The notes beneath the pieces are model-generated. The model saw only the letters and a list, made by a program, of their open reading frames with translations. It was not told the DNA's origin and did no database searches. From positions 1 through 45,092 of the forward strand of contig CAZEXM010000003.1 in the NCBI GenBank assembly GCA_964515915.1: a DNA stretch of 45,092 nucleotides, read 5' to 3'. The position numbers and the translations under genes are program-made. Origin of the DNA: an uncultured Victivallaceae bacterium (lineage in GTDB: Bacteria > Verrucomicrobiota > Lentisphaeria > Victivallales > Victivallaceae). How positions within the stretch are numbered: position 1 is the first letter of the stretch; each line of letters opens with the position of its first letter. Of the stretch, positions 30,097-40,169 are shown piece after piece.

Positions 30097-32103
30097 ATGG
30101 CTAAAGCCTTGAAAAATGAACATACGCATGACCATCAATGCAATGGACATGATCACGATCATGCCGGAGCGGAACATCAACCCGCAAAAGGCATAAGCTG
30201 TCCGGTTTGCGGAAATATGTCCGAAGGCACCGGGCACGATCGTTCTATGGGAAAAATAGGCATCGCTGTTATCGGCGGCTTCTTTATCATTAATTCATAT
30301 GTTCTGGGATGGATTTTACCTGACCAGACTTTTGCCGCCATGTTCAGCGCCATCATCGGCGCGACGACTTTGGCGTGCCCGATTATTTTTACCGCGATAA
30401 AAGACTTAGTCAAGGGCCAGGTTTACATGAATGAACTGGTTGCCCTGGCAATTCTCGCGGCAATGGCCGGCGGTAACTTCCAGATTGCCGGTTTGATTGC
30501 GTTTTTCCTCCTGGCGACAATTATTATCGAATCCCGGACCGCCAGCGGCGCACAGCGCTCCATTGAAGAGCTGGTTAAATTAACTCCGAGCACGGCCAGA
30601 AAAATTGTTAAGGGCAAAGAAATTGAAGTTCAGGCTCTGGACCTCAAAGTCGGCAACATTATCAGTGTGCGCCCAGGTGAAAACTTCCCGGTTGACGGCC
30701 GCGTCCTTAAAGGCGAAAGCGCCGTGAACCAGGCTTCCATCACCGGTGAATCCCTGCCTCTTGACAAAGCTCCCGGCGATGATGTTTTTGCCGGTACGCA
30801 GAACCTGACCGGACAAATTGAAATGGAAGTTACCAAGATTGGCGAAGACACAACCCTGGGTAAAGTTAAAGATATGATTTTGGCGGCGGAAAGTTCGCGC
30901 ACCCCGATAGTTCGTATTATCGACCGTTATGCCGGATATTACACCCCGACAATTTTGATGCTCGCCGGGGTAACCTGGTCATTTACGCAGAGTCTGGACC
31001 GGGTAATTACTTTAATGGTTATTGCCTGTCCCTGCGCGATAGTGCTGGCGACTCCAACCGCGGTTGTCGCCGCGGTTGCCGCGGCCGCCCGGCTTGGAAT
31101 ATTTATCAAAAATATCAGCCACCTGGAACTGGCGGCAAAAATCCGTGCTTTTGTTTTTGACAAAACAGGTACCTTAACAGATGGTATTCTGTCCGTAACC
31201 AAACTCAGCCCGCTTGGTAAAACATCTCCCGCGGAATTGCTCAAAACTGCCGCGTCCGCCGAAATTCACAGTAACCATCCAACTGCCATCGCTCTGCAGA
31301 AATTAGCCCGGGAAGCAGGATTGGAACTGAGCAAAACCGGCTCTGCCAAAGAAGAACACGGCAAAGGCGTTGAAGTAGTTATCGCTAAAAAAACAATCCG
31401 TGTCGGCCGCGCCGCCTGGCTCGAAAATATGGGGCTTAGCGTCGGCAAACACCACGATGACGAATCTCACGGCATGAGTGTGGTTTACGTCGCCGTGGAT
31501 GATAAGCTCATCGGCTGGATCGGTTTTAAGGATAAGCTTCGCGATGAAACAGGCCGGATACTCACTGATTTGAAAACCCTGGGCGTAAGACACTGCGCCA
31601 TGGTTACCGGGGACCGTGAATCCGTGGCGAAAACAATCGCGGCGAATCTCCAGATAGATGAATACCGTGCCGGATGCCTGCCTGAAGATAAAGTGGAATA
31701 CGTCGAAGCAATAAAAAAATCTTCATGCGTCGCCGTCGTCGGGGACGGCGTGAATGACGCCCCCGCCCTGGCCGCCGGCGATCTGGGTATCGCGATGGGC
31801 GCGATTGGCAGCGACATCGCCGTCAATAGTGCATCCATTGCTTTGATGACAAATGACTTGCGCCGTATACCGCTGCTCGTCTTTTTATCTAAAAAATTAC
31901 GTACTATTATTAATCAGAATCTGTTCCTTGGTTTAGTTGTTGTCCTTGGCGGTATGGTTTTGGCGGTGTTCGGGGAACTGAAACCGGTTCAAGCGGCGAT
32001 CCTGCATACTTTGAGTACATTGTTGATTATTTTCAACAGTGCCAGGCTGGTCCGGGTTGGTGAGGAATTAACTCTGGAAGAAAGCCGTGCTGCTCAGGAA
32101 TAA
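30097..32103 (+). CDS. heavy-metal-translocating P-type ATPase (P1B)
   Basis: DKTGTLT phosphorylation site, TGES, a CPC motif in the TM helix (ACPCAIVLATP), a GDGVNDAP hinge, and a His-rich N-terminus (HTHDHQCNGHDHDHAGAEH) plus CPVCG. No classical GMTCxxC domain seen. Confidence 0.9.
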   Translation: MAKALKNEHTHDHQCNGHDHDHAGAEHQPAKGISCPVCGNMSEGTGHDRSMGKIGIAVIGGFFIINSYVLGWILPDQTFAAMFSAIIGATTLACPIIFTAIKDLVKGQVYMNELVALAILAAMAGGNFQIAGLIAFFLLATIIIESRTASGAQRSIEELVKLTPSTARKIVKGKEIEVQALDLKVGNIISVRPGENFPVDGRVLKGESAVNQASITGESLPLDKAPGDDVFAGTQNLTGQIEMEVTKIGEDTTLGKVKDMILAAESSRTPIVRIIDRYAGYYTPTILMLAGVTWSFTQSLDRVITLMVIACPCAIVLATPTAVVAAVAAAARLGIFIKNISHLELAAKIRAFVFDKTGTLTDGILSVTKLSPLGKTSPAELLKTAASAEIHSNHPTAIALQKLAREAGLELSKTGSAKEEHGKGVEVVIAKKTIRVGRAAWLENMGLSVGKHHDDESHGMSVVYVAVDDKLIGWIGFKDKLRDETGRILTDLKTLGVRHCAMVTGDRESVAKTIAANLQIDEYRAGCLPEDKVEYVEAIKKSSCVAVVGDGVNDAPALAAGDLGIAMGAIGSDIAVNSASIALMTNDLRRIPLLVFLSKKLRTIINQNLFLGLVVVLGGMVLAVFGELKPVQAAILHTLSTLLIIFNSARLVRVGEELTLEESRAAQE

Positions 32104-32153
32104 ACGCATTTATTGCTAAATTAATAACATAATATATAACAGGACAGCTTAAT

Positions 32154-33335
32154 ATGACAGACAACAAAGCAACAATTGTCAAATCTGTTGGACTGACTAA
32201 GGTCTTTCGGGACTTCTGGAACCGCCCGAAAGCCCACGCGGTCAACGATATTGATTTTGACGTCCGGGAAGGTGAAGTCCTTGGTTTGCTCGGCCCCAAT
32301 GGTTCCGGCAAATCCACAACGGTAAAAATGATCCTCGGCCTGCTGTATCCGACCGCGGGCACGCTTTCCGTATTCGGACGTTCGCCCAAAACTGTCGAAA
32401 TCAAAAAAAATATCGGCTATCTCCCTGAGGAATCATACCTTTATAAGCATTTAACCGCGATGGAAACATTGGATTTCTTTGGTTCTTTGTTCAATTTATC
32501 TAAAACCGAGCGTCGCCATCGAAGTGAACAATTGCTTGACATGGTCGGCTTAAGTCATGTCCGCCGCCGTCCCGTCGGTGAATTTTCTAAAGGCATGGCG
32601 CGCCGTATTGGTCTGGCGCAGGCAATGATTAACGACCCGGATTTACTAATTCTTGACGAACCGACTTCCGGCCTTGACCCGATTGGCTGTAAAGAAGTTA
32701 AAGACTTGATAATGTTATTGAAAAAACGCGGCAAAACGGTTCTCATTACCAGTCATTTATTAAGCGATGTCGAAGACATTTGTGATCGCGCCATTATTCT
32801 TTACGGCGGCAAAATACGGGCGGAAGGATCATTGCAGAAATTATTGCTTGATACTGATGCCAGCCGTATTACAATGCCTTTGTTAAAACCGGAAGTTACC
32901 GCAAAGGTTATTAAGATTTTACGCGAAAACCTGCAAGGCGAGGAATTCATCATAGATCACCCGCGCCGTACCCTGGAAGAATTTTTCCTCGGCGTCATTG
33001 ACCGGGCAAAAGCTGACAGCATCGAAAATTCCGGCGTAACCAGCGGCGGACAAATTGCCGGTTTCCTGAGTGAAGAAGAAGATAAATCTTCAGCCGTACT
33101 TGCGAAACTGGCCGCCAATGAAGAGCCTAGTGCCGCTTCTCTGGAAAAAGCGGATGTCAAAAAAGCAAAAGAAGCTGAAAAAATTAAAGCCGAAGCGGAA
33201 AATATTAAGCTGCGGAAGCTGACCGCCGAAAAAACTGTTGATTCGAAAGAAGAAAAAATAGAAAAAACGGACAGCGCTGAAACTAATGTTTCAGAAGCGG
33301 ATGATAAATTGAAAGCTCTTCTCGGCGATAAATGA
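32154..33335 (+). CDS. ABC transporter ATP-binding protein with charged C-terminal extension
   Basis: Walker A GPNGSGKST, the signature-equivalent FSKGMARR, Walker B LLILDEPTSGLD, and a ~120-aa Lys/Glu/Ala-rich tail. Confidence 0.85.
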   Translation: MTDNKATIVKSVGLTKVFRDFWNRPKAHAVNDIDFDVREGEVLGLLGPNGSGKSTTVKMILGLLYPTAGTLSVFGRSPKTVEIKKNIGYLPEESYLYKHLTAMETLDFFGSLFNLSKTERRHRSEQLLDMVGLSHVRRRPVGEFSKGMARRIGLAQAMINDPDLLILDEPTSGLDPIGCKEVKDLIMLLKKRGKTVLITSHLLSDVEDICDRAIILYGGKIRAEGSLQKLLLDTDASRITMPLLKPEVTAKVIKILRENLQGEEFIIDHPRRTLEEFFLGVIDRAKADSIENSGVTSGGQIAGFLSEEEDKSSAVLAKLAANEEPSAASLEKADVKKAKEAEKIKAEAENIKLRKLTAEKTVDSKEEKIEKTDSAETNVSEADDKLKALLGDK

Positions 33336-33358
33336 CTTAGAGCATAAACAGGGATTAC

Positions 33359-34768
33359 ATGATGAAAGCTTTTTGGGCAATAATCAAACTTACATTTAAA
33401 AATGCGATACGTTCCCATATTTTTCAACTCCTGCTGTTCGTATTGGCTTTGTGTGTGATTTTCATCCCAACTACTATCAGCGGTGATGGAACGGCGCATG
33501 GATTTATTCAAATCTCCTTGAAATATTCTCTGGCGGCGGTGGCTTTTGTGTTGTCGCTTTCCTCCATCTGGTTAGGCTGTCAAATCATGAGCCGCGATGT
33601 TGAAAACTATGAACTGCACATGGTGGTCAGCAAACCGGCATCCCGAATTACAATTTGGCTGTCAAAATGGACGGGAGTTTGTATAATTCATCTGATACTG
33701 CTTTTTTCCGCGGCGACAGTGGTGTATTTTTCCGTGATCTGGCAGTATAATCGCCGCGATTTCAGTAAAATAGAAAAAATGCGCATTGACAATGAAGTCC
33801 TCGTCGGGCGGCGTGTGTTCATGCCGGTATTACCGGACATTAATGAGCTCGCCGGGAAATTACTGAAAAAAGAACAGGCGCGGGCGCAGGAACTTGGCCT
33901 TGATTTCAACGTTAAAAAAGCGTTCAAAGCCTGTAAGATTAAAGTTTCCTCCAGTTTTTCGGAACTTTTGCCCGGACAGTTGCGCACCTGGCAATATAAA
34001 AACCTGCCGGTTGAGGAAAAACGCCCTCTATACATCAGTTATCGTTTTTACGTCAATAAGGTTGACAGCTCCAAACAGCGCCTTTCTCATGGTATCTGGG
34101 GATACGGAGTTCCCAGGTTCACTGAAAAGAAAAGTGAGATTGAAGGCAAAGCGGCAGAGAAAGAATTCATTGGTTTCGACCTGTTCATGGAAAACCAGCC
34201 AAGACAATTTATGACCGGGGTTTTCAACGAAATAACCTTGCCGCCCGGCCTCATTGCCTCCAACGGGGAAGTCCGGGTTAATTTTGTCAATACGGATATG
34301 CAAAAATCTCCTTTTTTCACGCAGCCGGCCGACGGCCCCAAGCTTTTATTAAAACTAACGACTTTTGCGGGAAATTATTTCCGTGCGGTAGTTGTGCTTA
34401 GCCTGCAATTAATAATCCTTGCCGGGCTGGGCTGCGCGGCGGCGGCGGTATTATCAATGCCGACCGCGGTATTTGTCGTGATGTCTTATTTAATGTTCGG
34501 TAGTGTCGCCACTTACATGGTTGGGACTACTTATTTCGGCGGAGCCGGCGATTTTATCGCATACTGGGTTGGTAAAATTGTCTTGCTCGGTGTAATTCCA
34601 ATGCAGAAATTTGAAGTTACCAATTACGTTGCCAATGGAGAATTAATAGAATTAACTTTAATGGGCAAACTGTTTTTACAATACTTTGTTCTTCGGGCCC
34701 TGCCGTTATTCCTGCTGGGAATGTACTTATACAGGCGTCGTGAATTAGGACTGGTTATCAGGAAGTAA
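33359..34768 (+). CDS. putative ABC-2/NosY-like transporter permease with a large extracytoplasmic loop
   Basis: Multiple hydrophobic helices at both ends around a ~200-aa hydrophilic central region. It lies 23 nt after the ABC ATPase gene and 3 nt before the next gene. Confidence 0.6.
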   Translation: MMKAFWAIIKLTFKNAIRSHIFQLLLFVLALCVIFIPTTISGDGTAHGFIQISLKYSLAAVAFVLSLSSIWLGCQIMSRDVENYELHMVVSKPASRITIWLSKWTGVCIIHLILLFSAATVVYFSVIWQYNRRDFSKIEKMRIDNEVLVGRRVFMPVLPDINELAGKLLKKEQARAQELGLDFNVKKAFKACKIKVSSSFSELLPGQLRTWQYKNLPVEEKRPLYISYRFYVNKVDSSKQRLSHGIWGYGVPRFTEKKSEIEGKAAEKEFIGFDLFMENQPRQFMTGVFNEITLPPGLIASNGEVRVNFVNTDMQKSPFFTQPADGPKLLLKLTTFAGNYFRAVVVLSLQLIILAGLGCAAAAVLSMPTAVFVVMSYLMFGSVATYMVGTTYFGGAGDFIAYWVGKIVLLGVIPMQKFEVTNYVANGELIELTLMGKLFLQYFVLRALPLFLLGMYLYRRRELGLVIRK

Positions 34769-34771
34769 ATT

Positions 34772-36394
34772 ATGATTAAATTTAAAAAAACCGCAATATA
34801 TACTGCTGCATTTTTAATATCGGCCGCCTTGCTTATCGGGATTCATTACACTCAGAAACAGCTCGATGACAGCATCGAGGCAAACCATTTGCGTTTTACC
34901 GGGAAAATCAAAAACGCTCCGCCCTTAGTTGCTTTTACAACGGTTGCCCTGGGAAGTTTTCGCGGTATTCTCGCGGACTTTTTATGGCTGCGCGCCGCCA
35001 GTCTGCAGGACAAAGGCAATTATTTCGAAATGGTTCAGTTGGCTGACTGGATTCAAAAACTACAGCCCCGTTTCGCGGGCGCCGCCTCATATCTGGCCTG
35101 GAACATGGCTTACAATATTTCAGTAACCTGCTCAAACCGCGAAGACCGCTGGCGCTGGGTTAATGAAGGGGTCAAACTGCTTCGTTCAAGCTTGGAGTAT
35201 AACCCTGAAGATGCTAACCTTTACAAAGAGTTAGGTTGGATATACCAACACAAAATGGGTAATATTCTGGACGATGCCAATCAACTTTACAAAAATCGTC
35301 TCGCTCTTTCCATGATGCGCGTTGTCGGCGTCAGTCCCGATTGGGAAAAAATGGCGAAAGCGCCGGCTGATTATAAAGCGTTCATGAAAAAATACCCGGA
35401 AAAAAAAGACAGTCCTTTCCGGGAGGCTCTGAAAAAATCCGGTATTGAAACTTACGATAAGCTGTATGAAGATTTCAAGAAGAACTCCGCGCTGCCGCAA
35501 AAATTCCTCACCGCTTTGAATAATCCGGCAATGGCGCTTGATTTAAGCGATTATTTCCGTGTCGCCTGGCTTTACGACAAATTCAAGCTCAAAGCAAGTG
35601 TGATCAACGAAATCAATAAGAAATACGGGCTCCTGGATTGGCGTTTGCCGGAAGCGCAAGCTATTTACTGGGCGACAATGGGCTTGAAAATGACTCCGTC
35701 GCATCGTGATATAGGTTGCGAGCGCATGATTACCCAAGCCTTGTTCGCGGCATTCAAATCCGGTAGAATTATGATGATTGACCGCAAAAATTACAATACG
35801 ATAGTTTGCATGCCGAACTTAAAAGTTGTTGACGCGGTTCTCCGGGTTTATGATGAAGCCTACTTGAAAAACAATAAACAATCCAGTTTCCGCTCAGCTA
35901 AATTAAATTTCATGAAAGACGCGATTGTCCTTCTTTACAGTTACGGCAGCTTTTCCAAATCCAAAGAATACTACAAAAAACTCCGTAAGGAGGAACCGGG
36001 CAAATATCGCCGTGGTTTCATGTCTTTCCTCTGCCGGGAGTGGGCTGAGGATATGCGGGATGCTTCCGTAAAATCCGCGACGAATATTATTGGCGGTTTG
36101 ATTTACAGCAGTTTGAATTATATGGTTAACGGCGACATGGAAAAAGCGGTCGCGCATGAACGCATAGCCAAATATCTTTACAGAAATTATCAGAAAGCCA
36201 ATGCCGGCGTAAAAGAACGTGTTGGCCTGGCTCCTTACAAAATCCTCAAGGCTGGAATGATTCAAGCGGCGTTGAAATCATTCCCGCCGGTAATGGCTCA
36301 AATACTTCGCGCCAAAATAAAGACAGATAAAAAGTCTAAGGAAAAAGAGAAAAAAATATCTCGCGGTGCTGTTATGCCCGGATTTTCATATTGA
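34772..36394 (+). CDS. hypothetical membrane-anchored helical protein
   Basis: 540-aa ORF with an N-terminal TM (AIYTAAFLISAALLIGI). The composition is helical-repeat-like. No family recognised. It is tightly linked to the ABC genes. Confidence 0.55.
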   Translation: MIKFKKTAIYTAAFLISAALLIGIHYTQKQLDDSIEANHLRFTGKIKNAPPLVAFTTVALGSFRGILADFLWLRAASLQDKGNYFEMVQLADWIQKLQPRFAGAASYLAWNMAYNISVTCSNREDRWRWVNEGVKLLRSSLEYNPEDANLYKELGWIYQHKMGNILDDANQLYKNRLALSMMRVVGVSPDWEKMAKAPADYKAFMKKYPEKKDSPFREALKKSGIETYDKLYEDFKKNSALPQKFLTALNNPAMALDLSDYFRVAWLYDKFKLKASVINEINKKYGLLDWRLPEAQAIYWATMGLKMTPSHRDIGCERMITQALFAAFKSGRIMMIDRKNYNTIVCMPNLKVVDAVLRVYDEAYLKNNKQSSFRSAKLNFMKDAIVLLYSYGSFSKSKEYYKKLRKEEPGKYRRGFMSFLCREWAEDMRDASVKSATNIIGGLIYSSLNYMVNGDMEKAVAHERIAKYLYRNYQKANAGVKERVGLAPYKILKAGMIQAALKSFPPVMAQILRAKIKTDKKSKEKEKKISRGAVMPGFSY

Positions 36395-36449
36395 TTTTTC
36401 GTCTTGCGTGACATCAACAATATCAGCTCATATAAGGGAGAAAATAAAT

Positions 36450-37310
36450 ATGGCTTTATTTAACAGTGGAAAATCAAAATATTCGACAGTAAAAATAAAT
36501 TCATCGAGTTCCCGCAAGCGGGATATACCCGAAGGTTTATGGATAAAGTGCCGCAAATGTATGCGTACTCTCTACAAAAAGGCTATTGCCAAAAATCTCA
36601 ACATCTGCCCGCATTGCAATTATCATTCACCTTTAAGTGCGTTTAAACGCATTGAACTTTTGACCGATGCCGGCAGTTTTGAGGAAATCGACGCACAGCT
36701 TGAGTCAGTCGACCCCTTGAAGTTCGTCGACTCTCAAAAATATACTGACCGTTTGATTAAAAACAAAGCAAAAACCGGGATGAAAGAAGGTATTGTTTGC
36801 GGAACTGCGACTCTTGACGGTCAAAAATACGCTTTGGGAGTTATGGATTTTCGTTTCCTCGGAGCTTCCATGGGCTCTGCGCTTGGAGAAAAAATCACCC
36901 GCTTGCTCGAAAAAGCTTTGAAATTAAAAATACCGGCGGTTCTGGTTACCGCCAGCGGCGGGGCACGAATGCAGGAAGGCATATTAAGCTTAATGCAAAT
37001 GCCCAAGACCTGTGCCGTGCTGGAACGCCTGGCGGAAGCCGATTTGCCCTATATTGTTATTATGACACATCCTACTTACGGCGGGGTAACGGCCAGTTTC
37101 GCGGTTTTAGGAGATTTAATTTTAGCCGAACCCGGCGCGATGATCGGATTTGCCGGTCCCAGGGTTATTCAGGAGACCACTAACGCCGTCTTGCCTAAAG
37201 GCTTCCAGACGGCGGAATTCCTGCTTGAAAAAGGCCTGGTTGACAGAGTGATTGACCGTAAAAATTTGCGGAATGAATTATCGCTTTGCCTTGACTATCT
37301 CACGAAATAG
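36450..37310 (+). CDS. accD: acetyl-CoA carboxylase carboxyltransferase subunit beta
   Basis: N-terminal zinc ribbon CRKC...CPHCNYH, followed by the carboxyltransferase fold (GGARMQEG, MQMPKT). I use the start at MALFNSG (36450), after AGGGAG. Confidence 0.9.
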   Translation: MALFNSGKSKYSTVKINSSSSRKRDIPEGLWIKCRKCMRTLYKKAIAKNLNICPHCNYHSPLSAFKRIELLTDAGSFEEIDAQLESVDPLKFVDSQKYTDRLIKNKAKTGMKEGIVCGTATLDGQKYALGVMDFRFLGASMGSALGEKITRLLEKALKLKIPAVLVTASGGARMQEGILSLMQMPKTCAVLERLAEADLPYIVIMTHPTYGGVTASFAVLGDLILAEPGAMIGFAGPRVIQETTNAVLPKGFQTAEFLLEKGLVDRVIDRKNLRNELSLCLDYLTK

Positions 37311-37318
37311 TGTATAGT
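37291..37318 (+). promoter_or_regulatory. candidate sigma-70 promoter for the SRP RNA, inside the accD 3-prime end
   Basis: TTGACT (37291-37296), a 16-nt spacer, then TATAGT (37313-37318). It lies about 25 nt upstream of the SRP RNA closing helix. Confidence 0.45.
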
Positions 37319-37342
37319 CATGATTTTGACAGCTGAATTTCT

Positions 37343-37455
37343 GCGTCATCGGACCGGATCCTATGCACTGGTCTCCTGCTAACCGAGTCAGATGGGGAAC
37401 CAAGCAGCTCCATGCAATGAGCCAGGTGCTGTAGGCCAATCTGTTTCGATGGCGC
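37343..37455 (+). ncRNA. ffs: signal recognition particle RNA, small (4.5S) type
   Basis: GAGUCAGAUGGGGAACCAAGCAGC matches the conserved domain IV motif (E. coli GGUCAGGUCCGGAAGGAAGCAGC). The GGAA tetraloop is kept, and the stem change UCC/GGA to UGG/CCA is compensatory. The closing helix is gcgtcatcg (37343-37351) with cgatggcgc (37447-37455), followed by a T8 run. Confidence 0.85.
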
Positions 37456-37491
37456 TTTTTTTTGTACATATAACACAGGCGGGATACTTTG

Positions 37492-38292
37492 ATGAAACGA
37501 ATTGACGGACGTAAATTTGATGAACTGCGCAAAATAAAATTCACAAAAAATTATCTGGCTCATCCTTTAGCATCTGCATTGATTGAAGTCGGCGGCACAA
37601 AAGTTGTCTGCGCGGTCAGCATGGAAAACCGGGTGCCGCCATGGATGCGCCAGCAAAATGTCCCCGGCGGCTGGCTCACTTGCGAATACGGCATGCTGCC
37701 GGCATCCACCCACAGCCGCATGCGGCGCGAAGCTTCCAACGGCAAACAAGGCGGCAGAACCGTCGAAATTCAGCGTTTAATCGGCCGCAGTCTGCGCGGC
37801 GTGATTGATTTGCAGAAAATCGGACAGAATACAATCAATATTGACTGTGATGTCCTTGATGCCGACGGCGGCACACGCTGCGCGGGCATTACCGGGGCGG
37901 CGACAGCATTGCACCTGGCGGCAAAAGCAGCGAAATTCAAATGCAATCCGGTCAATGAACTAGTTGCCGCCGTCAGTGTCGGCATCGTTGACGGGCAAGC
38001 CGTTCTCGACCTCTGTTACGAAGAAGACTGCGGCGCGGAAGTTGACATGAACATAGTCATGACCGAATCCGGTAAATTCATTGAGATACAGGGCACTGCC
38101 GAGGAAAAACCTTTTTCCCGTGCTCAATTCAACGAAATGATGGATTTAGCGGAAAAAGGTTTAAAGGAAATTTTCAAAATGCAGCACAATATAATCGACG
38201 GCAATTCCAATAAAGCGCCCCGTCCCAAGCGCATGAATCCCAACAAAGGGCTTGGTTCCATCGGCGATGTTCTGAATGACGTTAAACTTTAA
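37492..38292 (+). CDS. rph: ribonuclease PH
   Basis: MKRIDGRKFDELRKIKFTKNYLAHPLASALIEVGGTKVVCAVS and the GRTVEIQRLIGRSLR phosphate-binding block. It has a ~25-aa basic C-terminal tail. Confidence 0.9.
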   Translation: MKRIDGRKFDELRKIKFTKNYLAHPLASALIEVGGTKVVCAVSMENRVPPWMRQQNVPGGWLTCEYGMLPASTHSRMRREASNGKQGGRTVEIQRLIGRSLRGVIDLQKIGQNTINIDCDVLDADGGTRCAGITGAATALHLAAKAAKFKCNPVNELVAAVSVGIVDGQAVLDLCYEEDCGAEVDMNIVMTESGKFIEIQGTAEEKPFSRAQFNEMMDLAEKGLKEIFKMQHNIIDGNSNKAPRPKRMNPNKGLGSIGDVLNDVKL

Positions 38293-38315
38293 ATGATTTA
38301 CAGCGCGGAGTGAAA

Positions 38316-40139
38316 ATGAACGAATATCAAGTAATCGCCAGAAAATGGAGACCACAGCGTTTCAGCGATGTTGTTGGCCAGGAGCATGTTGTAAAGACAC
38401 TGAAAAATGCTATCCGTCAACAACGGACGGCGCATGCTTACTTATTTGTCGGCCCCCGCGGTATCGGGAAAACCACGACGGCGCGTATTTTCGCCAAAGC
38501 CTTGAACTGCGCGGCTCCCGAAGACGGCGAACCATGCTGTAAATGTCAATCCTGCGTAAGCATTGCCGAAGAAAATAATATCGACGTTATTGAAATCGAT
38601 GCCGCCAGCCAGAATTCCGTTGACAATATCCGTGATTTGCGCGACGAAGTATTGCACATGCCCATCAGCTGCCGCTACAAAATCTATATTATCGACGAAG
38701 TTCACATGTTGAGCAAGAGCGCCTGGAACGCGTTGCTCAAGACTGTTGAAGAACCCCCCGCGCACGTCAAATTTATTTTCGCGACGACCGAAGTTCACAT
38801 GGTTCTGGCGACAATTATTTCCCGTTGTCAGCGTTTTGATTTAAAACCGATTTCAAGCGGCCTGATCTCCACACGGCTCGCGGAAATCGCCGCCGCGGAA
38901 AAAGTTATAATATCACCGGAAGCGATAAGCGCGATTGCCCGCGCCGCGGATGGCGGAATGCGCGACGCACAATCCCTGCTTGATCAAATGATCGCTTTTT
39001 TCAGCGGTAATGACCGGGAAATCAGCGAAGAACAAGTTTTATCATTATTCGGCCTGACCGGATCAAATGATTTGGTAAAAATAGTGAGCGCGATACTTAA
39101 CAACGATCGCGGCGGAGTAGTCGCGGCAATTCATACTCTCGCGGTCAAAGGCAAAAACCTCGAAACGCTGTTCAGCGACATTCTAAATTATCTCCGGGGA
39201 ATACAGCTTTGCCATCTTTTGAGCAACCCGGAAGCCGTCCTCGAAAGCGATCCTGAAAGCATTAAACGTTTCCGTGAACTCGGCGGAAATATTAATCCTG
39301 ACACAATTCAAATTTTAATGGAAAACCTTTCCTCAGTCGGACGGGTTCTCCACGACGCTATCAATAAACAAGTGTTCCTTGAAACCATTATCCTGAAAGC
39401 AATGCGCATCGCGCATTCCGTTAAAATAGCGGATTTGATCGCGCGTTTGAATTATCTGCGCAAAGCCGGTGATTTGAAATTCCTGGAGCAAATTCCCGCG
39501 ACAAGCACCCCCGCAAACATCCCGGAACCAGTGAAAACCGTCGTCGCTCCAGTAGAAACAGCAGTACCCGAATCCAAACCTGAGCCTGTTTCGCCTTCCG
39601 AACCGGAGTTAAAATTTGATCCCGCGCCCGAAGCGGAAGCGGTTAAAGACGAGCTGACTCCAAATAGTTTATGGCAGCAGACAATTAAATTTATAAAAGC
39701 AGATAACCTTGTTGACCCGACGGCAGTGAATTACATGAATGAAGGGAGTCCGCAAAGTTTTGAAAATTCCATGTTAAGTGTTATTTTTTATGAAGAGTTC
39801 GACGCCGCACATTATACCGCGGTCAAAAAGATTTTGCCGTCGATTCACAGAGCGGTTCAAGCAATTACGGGCGACTGGGCTGTAACCGTTGATCTAATCC
39901 ACAAGGAAGGCGTCAGGGCTATTCATAAAAAAGTCGAAGACGAAATCCCCGAGCCCGAAGCGGAGGAACTGGCTCTTTCGACGGAAACAAACGGCGAAAA
40001 CATGCCGGTTGAAACCCGGACAAAGAATGTGACCAGCGTCGTCGGTGATAAAGAAGTCGTCGATGCGGTCAAACAAAAAGAAATAGTGAACGCTTCTTTG
40101 GATTTATTCGGCGGCACTATCGTAGATGTTCACGGTTAA
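38316..40139 (+). CDS. dnaX: DNA polymerase III subunit gamma/tau
   Basis: KWRPQRFSDVVGQEHV, Walker A GPRGIGKTT, a Cys4 zinc module (CCKCQSC), DEVHML and the SRCQRF sensor. The ATG at 38316 follows GGAG. Confidence 0.95.
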   Translation: MNEYQVIARKWRPQRFSDVVGQEHVVKTLKNAIRQQRTAHAYLFVGPRGIGKTTTARIFAKALNCAAPEDGEPCCKCQSCVSIAEENNIDVIEIDAASQNSVDNIRDLRDEVLHMPISCRYKIYIIDEVHMLSKSAWNALLKTVEEPPAHVKFIFATTEVHMVLATIISRCQRFDLKPISSGLISTRLAEIAAAEKVIISPEAISAIARAADGGMRDAQSLLDQMIAFFSGNDREISEEQVLSLFGLTGSNDLVKIVSAILNNDRGGVVAAIHTLAVKGKNLETLFSDILNYLRGIQLCHLLSNPEAVLESDPESIKRFRELGGNINPDTIQILMENLSSVGRVLHDAINKQVFLETIILKAMRIAHSVKIADLIARLNYLRKAGDLKFLEQIPATSTPANIPEPVKTVVAPVETAVPESKPEPVSPSEPELKFDPAPEAEAVKDELTPNSLWQQTIKFIKADNLVDPTAVNYMNEGSPQSFENSMLSVIFYEEFDAAHYTAVKKILPSIHRAVQAITGDWAVTVDLIHKEGVRAIHKKVEDEIPEPEAEELALSTETNGENMPVETRTKNVTSVVGDKEVVDAVKQKEIVNASLDLFGGTIVDVHG

Positions 40140-40169
40140 GATTTATAATTTAGAAACTAAGGAAACAAT

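Noticed and set aside
32957-33511. 184-aa minus-strand ORF spanning the ABC ATPase tail and the permease start
   Set aside because: It is antisense to the low-complexity Lys/Glu/Ala tail. It is Ser/Phe/Ala-rich and crosses a + strand gene boundary. It is a shadow ORF.
38316-40139. Programmed -1 frameshift site in dnaX (the A AAA AAG type known in E. coli)
   Set aside because: The only runs present are GTC AAA AAG (about 39825) and CAT AAA AAA GTC (about 39925). Both lie far too close to the C-terminus and neither is a proper X XXY YYZ heptamer with a downstream hairpin.
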